Shown here in pieces: positions 38,401 to 50,850 of a stretch of DNA of 64,000 nt. The notes beneath the pieces were generated by a model that did no database searches, was not told the origin of the DNA, and worked only from the letters and a program-made list of their open reading frames with translations. The stretch spans positions 29,450,001 through 29,514,000 of the forward strand of contig OX597832.1 in NCBI GenBank assembly GCA_951406725.2. The letters run 5' to 3'. The stretch comes from Octopus vulgaris (lineage: Eukaryota). Position 1 is the first letter of the stretch, and each line of letters opens with the position of its first letter. Position numbers and translations under genes: made by a program.

Positions 38401-38672
38401 CAAGTCAATTCCTGTTCCATGAAGTGAGACATAGTGCCCATGTATGAGAAGCTAGTATATATTTTGGTTAACTTCTCCAGATGATAATCATGTTTACAAT
38501 GGATAAACTAAACTAGTTTGGTGCACAAATGTCTGTTTCATGAGCTGAAGTAATAAAAAAAAAACGAAAAATGACAAATATCCTGCAATAAATTAACAAC
38601 ATCAATATTATTTAAATAAGTATATCTGCATAATTTATTCTACTGAGAAGATTATACACACACACACACACA

Positions 38673-38716
<44 letters not shown>

Positions 38717-38825
38717 AATGAATGACAAAAGAGCAGGAGTTGTGTAATCACATTCATTAGCTTACAGCTGTTTCCACTGTAAGTAAACATGTACCCAGAA
38801 CTGAGTGTCAGTGCAACAGTTATAT

Positions 38826-39065
38826 ATCATCATCACCATTATTATTCATTAATGTCCATTTGCCATGCTGGCATGGGTTGGACGGTTTAACCAGAGGTGG
38901 CCAGCTGGAGAGCTGCACTGAGTTCTAGTCTGATTTGGCATGGTTTCTACAGCTGGATGCCCTCCCTAACACCAACCACATTATAGTGTGTGTTGGGTGT
39001 TTTTAACATGGCTTTTACATGGCACCAGCACGAGTGCTTTCCATGTGGTACTGGCACACGACTCT
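38826..39065 (-). mobile_element. Family C 3' fragment, diverged
   Basis: ccatgctggcatgggttggacgg...ttctacagctggatgccc. Confidence 0.75.
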
Positions 39066-39111
39066 TACAGGCCAATCCTCTTCACCAAAGCGAGTGGCCT
39101 TAACTCTTCTG

Positions 39112-39149
<38 letters not shown>

Positions 39150-39301
39150 CACAAAATAGGGAGTAGTAAAACAGTCGACAACTGAGGAGGAGTTAGGCTT
39201 CTTTTGGTATTTTATCCTGTATTCATCTCTGTGTGTTTACATATTTTTCACTCGTTGGTGAAGTCCTGTACTTTTATTTATAAACACACAAACACACATA
39301 T

Positions 39302-39452
39302 AGTGGTTGGCATTAGGAAGGGCATCCAGCTGTAGAAACTCTGCCAGATCAAGATTGGAGTCTGGTGCAGCTATCTGGTTTGCCAGTCCTCAGTCAAATC
39401 ATCCAACCCATGCTAGCATAGAAAGCAGACGTTAAACGATGAGGATGGTGAT
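39302..39452 (+). mobile_element. Family C 3' fragment
   Basis: gtggttggcattaggaagggcatccagctgtagaaac...gacgttaaacgatga. Confidence 0.8.
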
Positions 39453-39837
39453 ATCCACCACAAGGGTATATTACATACATGACCCTGTGTGTGTGTTCCA
39501 TTTTAACATCCATTTTCCCATGTTAGCAAGGGTCAGACAGTGAGTTACAAAAGACAAGATTTTGATGACCAGATGTTCTTCCTGTCACCAATGCTTATAT
39601 GGTTTCCAAATAAAGGATTTCCTATTCCAAAGGTCTTCAAAAGCAAACAGTTAAAATGTAAATCCAGAATTTGAACTCAGAGGGTTAACATTCACACATA
39701 TTTTCACAAACACTCACATGTACGTGGCATCCTGCAATTCTGTCCACCAAATTCGCTAACAAGACATTGGTCAGCCCTAGCACTGTAACACAAGACACCT
39801 ATACGAGGCACTGCACAGTGGAGCTAAATCAAGGACA

Positions 39838-40238
39838 GAGAGCAATGGTGAAGGAAATGTGTCGGGTGAAGCTGTTCGATAAGAAGAGGGCTGAGAATTT
39901 GATGGAGATGCTGGGGTTGGAGGAATCGGTGGAATGGTTGGCAAGGGTGAATGGAGTGGTGTTATGGGGATGTGTTGAGGAGGGATGAGGAGCATGTTCT
40001 GAGGAGGGTGATTGTGTTTGAGGTAAATGGAGCGGGAAAGCGAGGTAGACTGAGGAAAAGGTGGACGGGACAGGTGGAGGAGGAGATTGGGGGAGGGTTG
40101 GTTTGAAAAAGGAGGATGCCCAAAACTGGGCAAGATGGCAAGATGGTGTGAGGGTGGTTGCTATGGCATTGAGGTAGATCAGGCCACCCTTATTAACAGG
40201 GACAAAACCCAGATTTAAAACACTGGATGATGATGATG
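39838..40238 (+). mobile_element. RTE-clade LINE ORF2 C-terminus, short 3' UTR and (GAT)n tail (frameshifted)
   Basis: RAMVKEMCRVKLFDKKRAENLMEMLGLEESV...VLRRDEEHVLRRVIVFEVNG.GKRGRLRKRW...GLKKEDAQNWARW is the classic RTE terminal pattern; the same 3' end appears reversed at about 44048-44115. Confidence 0.88.
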
Positions 40239-40265
40239 CGGTTGCAAAGCAATCTATACCAAGCA

Positions 40266-40329
<64 letters not shown>

Positions 40330-41221
40330 TGTGTGTGTGTATGTATGCAGTCATACATACGCATGCATGAATATATACACATAAACACACATATACACAA
40401 ACACACACAGAACAGCCAATTCTTGCTAAAAATATTCTCTCAAAGAATTAAGATGGAATTCCTTGGTGAAAGATTATTGAGAATGAAGGCTTGGTTTGGT
40501 TTTTCCAAAGAAATTTATTGATTGAGAAGTCAATAGTTAAAGACACAACTGTAGTTTGGTGCCATGGAGAATACTAAATGGTTTATCTCTGTTATTGGAT
40601 TTCTTCTTCCTAGCAGAACTCTTCATTAGAATCCAATAAAAATGAAATGATTGAAGAAAAAAAAGAAAAACAGAAAAAAAATCCGACTGCCAATAGAATA
40701 TCACACAGAGTTTGACGGAATATCTCCAAATCTCTAGGGATTTGGTTTGAAATAACACATTATTGATTTCTTATATTGGAATATACCACAGGATTGACAG
40801 TATTGAGGTGTTCATGCACTTCCCAAGGGTATTAAGGTAGTAAAATATAGATACGAGAGGCTGAACATATTGGATTATCTTTTGCCTGCTGTCAAGAGAT
40901 CAAATCTCCCTTCCAGTAGTATAACCAGTGGGGCACTGTGCTTGAAGGTAAAATTGAACAGTCTACATTGGTCTCAGTTCAACCATTTGTTGACAATTGG
41001 TACCAGATCATCTAAGAACGGTCAGCAGTGAACCAAAGATTTCACTAAATATCTTGGATGTCCACACTGAGTTTCGAAATTCTGGTACTGTGCTCCAGTG
41101 TGAAATTCCATTGTCCACAAATACAAGAGTCCACCACAAGGAAAAGAATCTTCTTTAGTTACAAACGGATTCCTCTCTTATCAAAAACATACACACCTGG
41201 TCAACCCACAAATCACTGAAA

Positions 41222-41255
41222 ATGAAGGCCATGCACAACATGTCCCAGAAGCAAG
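41222..41255 (+). other. Candidate initial coding exon (MKAMHNMSQKQ) with a strong donor
   Basis: gaaaATG...CAAG|gtgagc at the end of ~850 bp of repeat-free sequence; no homology recognised. Confidence 0.2.
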
Positions 41256-41361
41256 GTGAGCATGTCTGTTAATAATAGAATTATATTAATAATAATAGTG
41301 AATACCATTATAGCAGTGATAATGAGTAAAACATTGAGTTAACAAAAGGGTATATCATAAT

Positions 41362-41582
41362 GGTTTCAATTCTTGGCACAAGGCCAGCAATTTCAGAAGA
41401 GGAGGTAAGTCAATTACATCGACCCCAGTATGTAACTGGTACTTATTTTATTGAACCCCAAAAAGATGAAAAGCAAAGTCAACTCCAGTGGCATTTGAAC
41501 TCAGAATGTAAAGTTGGAATAAATAATGGTAAGCATTTTTTCTGGTGTGGTACCGATTCTGCCGGCTTACTACTGTCTTAGA
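41362..41582 (-). mobile_element. SINE family B variant, 12-bp TSD
   Basis: TSD gtatatcataat at 41350-41361 and 41583-41594. Confidence 0.85.
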
Positions 41583-41638
41583 GTATATCATAATTGTAAT
41601 AATGCATATCATTGTCGTAATAGTATATGAAGCATGTA

Positions 41639-41850
41639 AGGCGGCGAGTTGGCAGAAACGTTGGCATGCAGAGCAAAATCCTTAGCAGTATTTCGTCTGT
41701 CTTTACGTTCTGAGTTCAAATTCCGCCGAGGTCGACTTTGCCTTTCATCCTTTTGGGGTCAATAAATTAAGTACCAGTTGTGTACCGGGGTCGATCTAAT
41801 CAACTGGCCCCCTTTCCAAAATTTCAGGTCTTGTGCCCAGAGTAGAAAAG
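41639..41850 (+). mobile_element. SINE family B variant, 17-bp TSD
   Basis: TSD agtatatgaagcatgta at 41622-41638 and 41851-41867. Confidence 0.92.
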
Positions 41851-42063
41851 AGTATATGAAGCATGTAGATATTTAGAGAGTGGTAGGGGGACAAAGGTGA
41901 TGAAATTATCCAGATTAAATAATCATAATGGTCAACTGGTCAGTTAAAGCAATTGATTCATCATGATACATGATATACCATGCACCTACTCAGGCAAAAG
42001 CAATTGGATGGATGGAGGGAGGGAGCAAATGTGCGGCAGAAACAATTGGTCACTATAAACAAA

Positions 42064-42480
42064 CTAGCTGACCCCATGCCGTAAAAAATAACAGCTAATT
42101 GTAGTATTTGGTACATAAATATGGATGGTAAATTAAATTACTATGCTTGTCAATGCTATCCAGTGGTTGTCTTTTGAGATGTGACATCAATCATCATTTG
42201 TTACTGAAAGAATGCTGGTTCACACATACAAATAATCACATACTTCCTTTGTATACACACACACACATACACTCACACAGAGTTGAAACGCTGTTTGATT
42301 TTCCTTTTCAGTGGTGAATGTTCCCCATCCCACTTCCATTGCACACACACACACACAAACTCCCTTTTACATACACACACAGAGTTGAAACACCCCCACT
42401 ACCAATTTACCATCACCCCTTCCTTTCTCATTCATATGTTGTGACAGAGAAAAACACAAGGGTATTCTCATAGTAGTAGA
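42064..42480 (-). mobile_element. Non-autonomous Helitron-like element
   Basis: Minus strand starts TCtactac and ends with hairpin gctgt-N8-acggc followed by ...cagCTAG|t; no TSD; internal (CA)n and a direct repeat acagagttgaaac. Confidence 0.5.
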
Positions 42481-43157
42481 CCCTACGCACAGGTTATTCA
42501 GCAAAAGCTGAATACTCCTACATCGTCTTCAACTTGAAAGTCCATTTTCATACCAGTCACGTACTGGGGTCAATGTAATCGACAAGTTCCCTCGCCCACA
42601 ATTTCAGGCCTTGTGCCTATAGCAGAAAGTGTTGTTGTTATTGTCGTTGTTGCTGTTGTATGTTTGAACTGTAAATAAACCAAGCCAGTGACCCCTATTG
42701 CATTTGCTGTCATGTAAAGTGGGACCTAGATGGGATCAGTGTCTGGGTTAAAGAGACAGAACAGCAGTGATGAGGGAGGGAAGAAGGGAAGGAAGGACAG
42801 TATAGTCACAGGCCTTTCCCATTAAAAGCTGACACTTTAGCTTTATGGAACATTTGTGACTCAACCATCATTAGTGCTTAGTACACAGCTGTAATGCATG
42901 AGACACACACACACACACACACGTTATCTCCTCACACGAACACATGTACTTAATTATTATTACATGCACACGGGTTCACTAACATATATATACATCCACA
43001 CCGGATCATAATTCAAATTAAACATTAACCACTGAAACCCCACCCTTTCAGCCACTTCCTCGTTCCAATGGGGGTCCCATGAGACCACCACCCTCCTCCG
43101 CCGCCAGCTCCTCCAACAAGGGAATAACTACTAAAAGCAATACAATAATACAACCTG

Positions 43158-43192
<35 letters not shown>

Positions 43193-43479
43193 AAACATGC
43201 TGATATAAACGTTATTGAGAAATATAATGTTAAATTGAAATATTTCCTTTCCAAGAAATAAAAACTGAAATTTTTGTCGTCCACAGAATTGTTGTGTAAA
43301 TGACACGAAACTTTTTGTTGCCGAGGACATAAATGCCTTCAGGATTACACAAACATATTTGTACAGGACACAAACCTTCTCTAAACTCTAACCTTGAAGA
43401 GACGATGCAAATTAACACCAACAACAACAACCACACAAACATAACAAATGAAATTACAGTAAGAAAATGTCTGAAACCT

Positions 43480-43636
43480 CAGCTGTGTAGAATTTGGACT
43501 TTGCCTGCCAGCCCCATGGTTCTGGGTTCAGTCCCACTGCATGGCACCTTGGGCAAGTGTCTTCTACTATATACAGCCAAGGGCCAACCAAAGCCTTGTG
43601 AACGGATTTGGTAGATGGAAACTGAAAGCAGCCCCT

Positions 43637-43672
<36 letters not shown>

Positions 43673-43889
43673 TGTGTGGTTGTGTCTGTTTGTCCCCACC
43701 ACTACTTGACACAGCTGATATTGGTGTGTTTACATCCCCATAACTTAATGATTTGGCAAAAGGGGCCAACAGAATGAGTACCAGGCTTTAAAAATAAGTC
43801 CTGGGATCAATTCATTTGACTGAAATTCTTCAAATCGATGCCCCAGCATGGCCACAGTCTAATGACTGAAACAGGTAAAAGATAAAAGA
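43480..43889 (+). mobile_element. SINE family A
   Basis: Colinear with the A consensus. Confidence 0.88.
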
Positions 43890-44665
43890 TGGTGATGTCA
43901 ACAATGGAAACTTCTGCCTGGCACTGCCCCAGGGCAAAAGAGTCTTCAACAAATTGGCAAAGCATTTTCAGACTAAGCAACGGAACAAAAGAAAATGTGG
44001 AGGGGGGGGGGAGTCATAAAAAAACTCAAAAAACACGACTGAGTTTATCATCATCATCATCATCATCATCATCCAGTGTTTTAAATCCGGGTTTTGTCAT
44101 TGTTAATGGGGAGGGGGTTGTATCTATACAATTATTTAATAAATTAGAAGGAATTTTAGCCTGTGACAAGCCACCCCTCCTCCCCTGATTCTTCAGACAA
44201 TTCAGTGATGTTTTGATTTATGTATTTGTCAGAAATTTAGAACCTGGTCTCTGAACCCAGCTGGTTTTGGCCTTAAATTACTTCCCAAACACTCAACAAT
44301 CACATTTTTTTTTCTCAATACAGCTTTCGGTTTTGACATGGAGAAGAAAACAAAAAATATTAATATTCAACTTAAGAGAAAACCTCACCTTCATCTCCCC
44401 CACCCCACCTCCCGCTGTGAATTAACACGTGACCACTATCTCTACCCTACACACACACACTCAAGCTTCTCTGTGTGTGTGTGTGTATGTGTGTGCAATA
44501 CTTTTTCCGAGTGTTACAGAAGACATTAAAATAATGAGGTTTATTGAGATAGTGAATATTTATAGAGAAAATTTTTTTCTATCATAAATATGAGTGAGTC
44601 TGTATCAGGGTGTGTATATTATTGTATGACAGAAAAGAAAAAAGCTTACACAAACATATATGTCA

Positions 44666-44741
<76 letters not shown>

Positions 44742-44891
44742 CTAGTTTCGGTCTTACTCTTTAAGTACAGAGATGCTGGGATTAATCAGCACGATACGGT
44801 TTCAAATCTCACGCTGGCTGTGCTGTGGCATTCATCACTGTTGCAGTCCTGTTTATATTGGCCCGATGGTTAATTAGGAAGTAATTAGAAT

Positions 44892-44974
44892 ACTTACAGT
44901 CGTAGATCGTCATAATAAAACAAAACTTCACTTACCTAGAAGGGAAAATAAAAGAGAGAGACACTTATTAGTCA
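44892..44974 (-). other. Candidate recursive splice site (ratchet point) with a 38-nt cryptic exon
   Basis: Minus strand tgactaat-aagtg-tctctctcttttattttcccttcTAG|GTAAGTgaag...cgact|GTAAGTatt. Confidence 0.55.
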
Positions 44975-46488
44975 CAGCAGAATATTTCAATACTATCAGT
45001 TACATCCAATAATTACATAAAGATTAATTAATAAAACAATTTCTTACATCAACAATAAAGTACAGAAGGAATTTAGTTATAATCTGCGCTGTTTTGTGGA
45101 GTGAACCAGGCCCTGCGGAGGGGGTGCTTTAACTCTTCATACAGCTAATAATAAAGGAGACTGTGTCATAGCAGAGAGTGTTTGCAGCACTTTTGAACTG
45201 ACGGGACCCTCTTCTCTTCAAGGGACAAAAGAAAATAAATGAGAAAGAGGAGCAGAGTTAACCCTAGCAATGGTACTTTATTTATTTTATTAAACCTGAA
45301 AAAAAGAAAGGTAATGCTGACATCGATGGTATTTTGAACATATAGGGCCAGAACAAATACCACAAGACACTCTGATGCTTTAACCGCTCAATCAACTCAC
45401 CTCTTGGGGTCACAGCCCAACTAGACTATATCCAAAGAAAGGTCAGTCATCCAACTGGCATTAAATTCCCCAGCCTAGGAAGGAGGACCTGTGAAGGCCA
45501 TGGAAACTGGTTCTTCTTCCAGACCCAGTAAAAAGATGTTTTCAATTTTATTGTTCAGTTTCTAATCACAGTTGTGAGTTCTTTCTTCTACTCCATTCCA
45601 CCTGACAACAAGCACAGTGTGAAGTATCTTGCTAATGGACACTAAGTACAAGACCACCAACAATGGTCCACCTCTAGACTGGTTGTCCACTACTTTAACC
45701 AATAGGCCATTTATGCTCACATACTGATCACATCTGACATTTCAACAATATAGTTTGTACAATAAACTAAGTTTGTATAATTAATAGCAACAGGAGTGGT
45801 GTTAATACCAGAAGGTAATATTTATCCTCCACTAAAGAGTTAAAACACAGATGTTTTGTATACTTTATGCGCTGTGAGGTTTTCAGGAGACCTTGAAAGC
45901 ACAGCACACAGCTCTGTTGTTTTCCATGAAATTTATTAACCAATTTTCATGAGACAGGCCATTACTAATTTCCCCAGACTCCATTTTTGTGTCTCATAAA
46001 TCTTATATCTCAGGTAAAGGACACTGCAGTCATCAGTTTACCTAACTGGACAAACCACGAGTAACATTAGCCAAAGATGTTGCTTAATCAGCTGGAAAGT
46101 GTAGCTTGGTATCCCTCAAATCATATTCTAACATCAAAGACAGAAGGACACAATGAACAATGTATTCCAAGGTAAACAATGACTGAGAAAATCGGACAAT
46201 CATGTCTTAAATGCACTGATTGTAAGTTTTCTGGATCAGGGCTGACCCCCAGTACTCAACAACAATAGGCACGAATCCCTACAGTGAAGAGATGTTAATG
46301 GCAGCGAGAGACAGTCAGGCATCTGCAAACAACAACTACAACAAGAATAAATTTCCCACATGACATCACAGAAGACATAAAACAGTCAAAAAGAAGGAAA
46401 AAACAAAACTGGGATCTTGAAACAGAAAAGTTTCCATTCCAAAACCTTGAGGAAGATATTTAAATTCTTGTCACATCAACAGTGATGT

Positions 46489-46856
46489 ACAGGTGTGGCT
46501 GTGGGGTAAGAAGCTTGCTTTACAAACACATAGCTCTGGGTTCAGTCCCTTGGCATGGTCCCTTGGACAAGTATGTCTTCTACTAAAGCTTCAGGCCAAC
46601 CAAAGCCTTGTGAGTGGATTTAGTGGAAAGAAACCGAAAGAAATCCGTCGTGTGTGTGTGTGTCTTTGTTTCTGTCCCCCACCACCACTTGGCAACTGAT
46701 GTTGGTGTGTTTACGTCCCCATAACTTAGCAATTTAGCAAAACGGACTGAAAGAATTTGAGCTTAAAAAAATTAAAAAAAGAAGTACTGGGGTCGATTCA
46801 TTCGTGCTGCAGCATGGCCACAATCTAATGCCTGAAACAAATAAAAGAAAGATAAA
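46489..46856 (+). mobile_element. SINE family A, diverged
   Basis: Colinear with the A consensus. Confidence 0.82.
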
Positions 46857-47576
46857 AAAAAAAACAGTGGTATCACACCACATCCATACATCACACATAT
46901 CTCACACCCATCAACAGTGATATCATGTCAACAGGGATATCAGACTCATAGAATAACAAAACATCTGAAATCCAATTATATTCAGTAATAACGAATCTGA
47001 AGACAAATTGTTGCCTTCCTCCTGAGCTGGGACTTATCTGAGAGCCAAGAAAATAGGACAATTGCTGTCTTGGAAGCAGCAAAATGGCATTAGACTTCTT
47101 TCTTCCTATCCACAACACGCTCCCCCACCACCACCTATAGAAAAAAAGGGAACTACAGATAAGGGGAAGTGAGGTGGGCATGGGGGGACCTGGACTCACT
47201 TGACCTATATTTACAACTGAGAACAGCGGGGGGGGGGGGGAGGGAGTGGAAAATAGATCCATCACATATAGATGTGACATTTACAAAATTAATTGGAAAT
47301 TATCAGGAATTGTCAGGCAGTGGAGTGGAGTGGAGGGAGGGAGGGATGATGGGAAAATTTGGGGTCCCAGCTGCTGGAGAAGGCAGAGGAGGAAGTAATG
47401 ATGATGATGATGTCAGTAATGATGGTTTACTGTCATTTAGCCCCAAGAAACCAATAATCAATGGCCATCCCAATCATCAATATTCCAGTTTCGATCCCAA
47501 GCATAGAGTGATTTGAGGTAGGTTTGCCTGCTTTTTCTAGTAAGTTGAGGAACTGGATGAAGCTGTATTGTTGTTG

Positions 47577-47769
47577 TTAAGCAACAAGATGGGTAAGGGT
47601 GATTAGGTGATGGTCTAGGGCTTAGGGGGCGGGAGACCCCAGACCTTGGGAAAAAAAAAACTTTGGTCGTCTTGTTGTAGTCGAGGGCTTTTCGTTGACA
47701 CCCGACACCACTGGGAGGTGACCCTGGAAGTCGCTGGAAATGGAGATCTCCAGGTCCAAATTCTTGAAC
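47577..47769. mobile_element. Family F, second copy
   Basis: Matches 31907-32084 with a short extra segment (tgatggtctagg) and a longer A run. Confidence 0.75.
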
Positions 47770-47789
47770 GGTTGTTGTTGGTGGTGGTC

Positions 47790-48005
47790 ATGGCAGCAAA
47801 CTGGCAGAATTGTTTGCATGCTGGGTGAATGCTTAGCGGTATTTCGTCTGTCTTTACATTCTGAGTTCAAATTCTGCCAAGGTCAACTTTGCCTTTCATC
47901 CTTTCAGGGTCAATAAATTAAGTAGCAGTTGAATACTGGGGTCGATCTAATTGATGGGTCCCCTCCCCAAAAATTTTGGGCCTTGTGCCTAGAGTAGAAA
48001 AGGAT
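47790..48005 (+). mobile_element. SINE family B variant
   Basis: ggcagcaaactggcagaa...ctgagttcaaattc...ccttgtgcctagagtagaaaagg. Confidence 0.88.
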
Positions 48006-48428
48006 ATACTGTGCTTGTGTAGACCTGTCAAACCAAGTGAGACCGTGGTCAATGCTGATGCCCGTGTCAGGTCTCACTTGGTTCATAAAAGACACCCACT
48101 ACACTCTTGGAGGGGTTGGCTTTAGGAAGAGCATCCAGCCTTGCGAAATCAGATCAGAACCTGGCTTGCCACTTTTCAGTCAAAGCATCCAACCCATGCC
48201 AGCATGGAAAACAGACCTTAAATGATGATGATGATGACGTCTGTGGAGTGCTCAGCCACTTGCATGTTAATTTCACAAGCAGGCTGTTCCACTGATTGGA
48301 TCAACTGGACCGTTCATTGTCATTACTGACAGAGATCCAATGAGTCAAGTAACAACTTTGGTTTATCCATCAATGCTGGAAAGATGAAAAAAAACCAAGT
48401 CGACCTAAAAAGATTCAGACTCGGATCA

Positions 48429-48456
48429 TTCCAGAACATTCTAGAACGTTCTAGAG
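48429..48456. promoter_or_regulatory. Heat-shock-element-like array: five perfect alternating nGAAn/nTTCn units plus one imperfect
   Basis: TTCcaGAAcaTTCtaGAAcgTTCtaGAG. Confidence 0.45.
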
Positions 48457-48586
48457 CATAACACAAGACACTTTTATATTTGACGCAACCACACGCTAAC
48501 CTTGCTCTAATAATATTGACTTTCTAAATATTTCTTCAACCATTCTGTTATGAATCTTTTGATGTTAAACAAACTTTAATATATAT

Positions 48587-48626
<40 letters not shown>

Positions 48627-48772
48627 TTAATAGCTTTATTTTAATCCATTGAAATGACTAAACAATGGATTTTTGCCAAGATCCATTGTTTGCCTGATTT
48701 AAGTTCAGGAACCGGCCATTTTCTAAGCCCAGACAGTTTAGCAATAAAAGGAATGAGAAATCACAGCTACCA

Positions 48773-48815
<43 letters not shown>

Positions 48816-49049
48816 ATTGACTTCTTTTGTAGAGATTGATCTTTCATCAGCAACAACTCAGTCGAAACAACAAAATTAATTCAATTAAATCCGCATGTAA
48901 TCAATAGTTTGTGAACATCCTTCTTGATAGATGCAAAATCCAGACATATGATTGGTCCAGCTTTAGTCAGGCTTAAAGTCATCAACAAATAGCTAGCAAT
49001 GCTTATAGTGTGTGTAAAACTTCTAGTTGGGAATGTTCAATGTGCGCAT

Positions 49050-49053
49050 ATAC

Positions 49054-49088
<35 letters not shown>

Positions 49089-49433
49089 CACATACATATA
49101 TACATACATATACATACATATATACATACATATACATACATATATACATACATATACATACATATATACATACATATACATATATACATACATACATATA
49201 CATATATACATACATACATATATACATACATATACATATATACATACATATACATATATATATATATATATACATACACATACATATATACATACACATA
49301 CATATATACATACATATACATACATATATACATACATATACATACATATATACATACATATACATACATACATACATACATATACATATATACATACATA
49401 CATATACATATATACATACATACATATACATAT

Positions 49434-49480
<47 letters not shown>

Positions 49481-49487
49481 CACACAC
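49050..49487. repeat. Compound (TA)/(TACA) array
   Basis: Direct inspection. Confidence 0.95.
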
Positions 49488-50279
49488 AAAATAATCAATG
49501 AAATGATAGCTTCTCAGTGAGTTTGTAATTTCACTGCCTTCCCAAAATATGGTAAAAAGTTCTGGAAAAGTTCTGCAAGCAAATACAAATATATTAAACA
49601 CACATCTATCAGCCGTGCAACCTATACGATAGAATAAGGCTATATAAATACACGAGTTGGTCTGTTCGTGTTTTAATTTCAGGAGGAATGCCTCGAGCTA
49701 CAAACCAAGGAGGACTGCTGCAGAGACTACACAAACTATTCTTGTACAACAGGAATCAATAAAAGTTACTTGGAAATGGTGCCATACAGAATTACCATTT
49801 CAGCTCTCATCCATGACTTACCAAAAAAAAAAAAAAAAAATTCTACTATTTCTCCATATTTTTATAGATCTGTCTATGTGCGTGAGGAATATTAAGTGAT
49901 AAAACCACCCCTAACTAAATGACATCGTTCTATTATAGAGCAAAAAAAAAGAAAAAAGAGTTTGGGGGTAAAACTGAAATAGTGTCACGAAGAACTATCA
50001 CATATCACCACATATATATATATATATCTGACATGAACTTTCTCTCATAACAGAAGAGGTATTATTTACTTGAATGTTATTTTCTTATTAAATAGATTTC
50101 TGCTGATAGAATCCACCCTGCTCCCCGACCCACTCCGGGGAACATTGTTAATATCACATAATATAGTTATAAAAGTTATCTGTAATGTCACTGGTTGACT
50201 ATAATAACATTCCAGTTATACTAGTTATCTGCAATGAGGCTGCTTATAATGATGGTAATTATCTGTAATACCATTGGTT

Positions 50280-50850
50280 CATCATCATCATCATTTAACA
50301 TTCGTTTTCCATGCTAGCATGGGTCGGACGGTTCGACCGGGGTCTGGGAAGCCAGGAGGCTGCACCAGGCTCCAGTCTGATCTGGCAGTGTTTCTATAGT
50401 TGGATGCCCTTCCTAACGCTAACCACTCCGTGAGTGTAGTGGGTGCTTTTTACGTGCCACTGGCACAGGGGCCAGGGGGGGCTGGCATCGGCCACAATCG
50501 GGTGGTGCTTTTTACGTGCCACCAGCACGGAAGCCAGTCAAGGCAGCGCTGGCATCTGCCACGTACAGATGATGCATTTTACGTGCCACTGGCACTGGTA
50601 TCACAACTACAATTTCCATTTGATTTTTTGATGTTGATGTACTTGACTCAATAGGTCTCCTCAAGCACAGCAGCTCGCCTTACGATCCAAGGTAAGTACA
50701 GCAGGCCGTCCTGCAATCCAGGGCACTTTGGAAGGACTGGGGCTTCTATGTGAAGCTGGTGCAGGAAACAGCCATGAACTCACATTATTTGTCAGGTCGT
50801 CGCAGTCACAGCATATCTCCAGAGGTCTCAATCTTTCGTCATTGCCTCTG
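50280..50850 (-). mobile_element. RTE-type LINE 3' end (family C), the longest copy, inserted in a ~35-bp minisatellite (about 50150-50930)
   Basis: Minus strand begins EAMTKD*DLWRYAVTATT* (RTE ORF2 terminus), then ~500 nt of UTR to (GAT)n; ttatctgtaat..cactggtt units lie on both sides. Confidence 0.85.
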
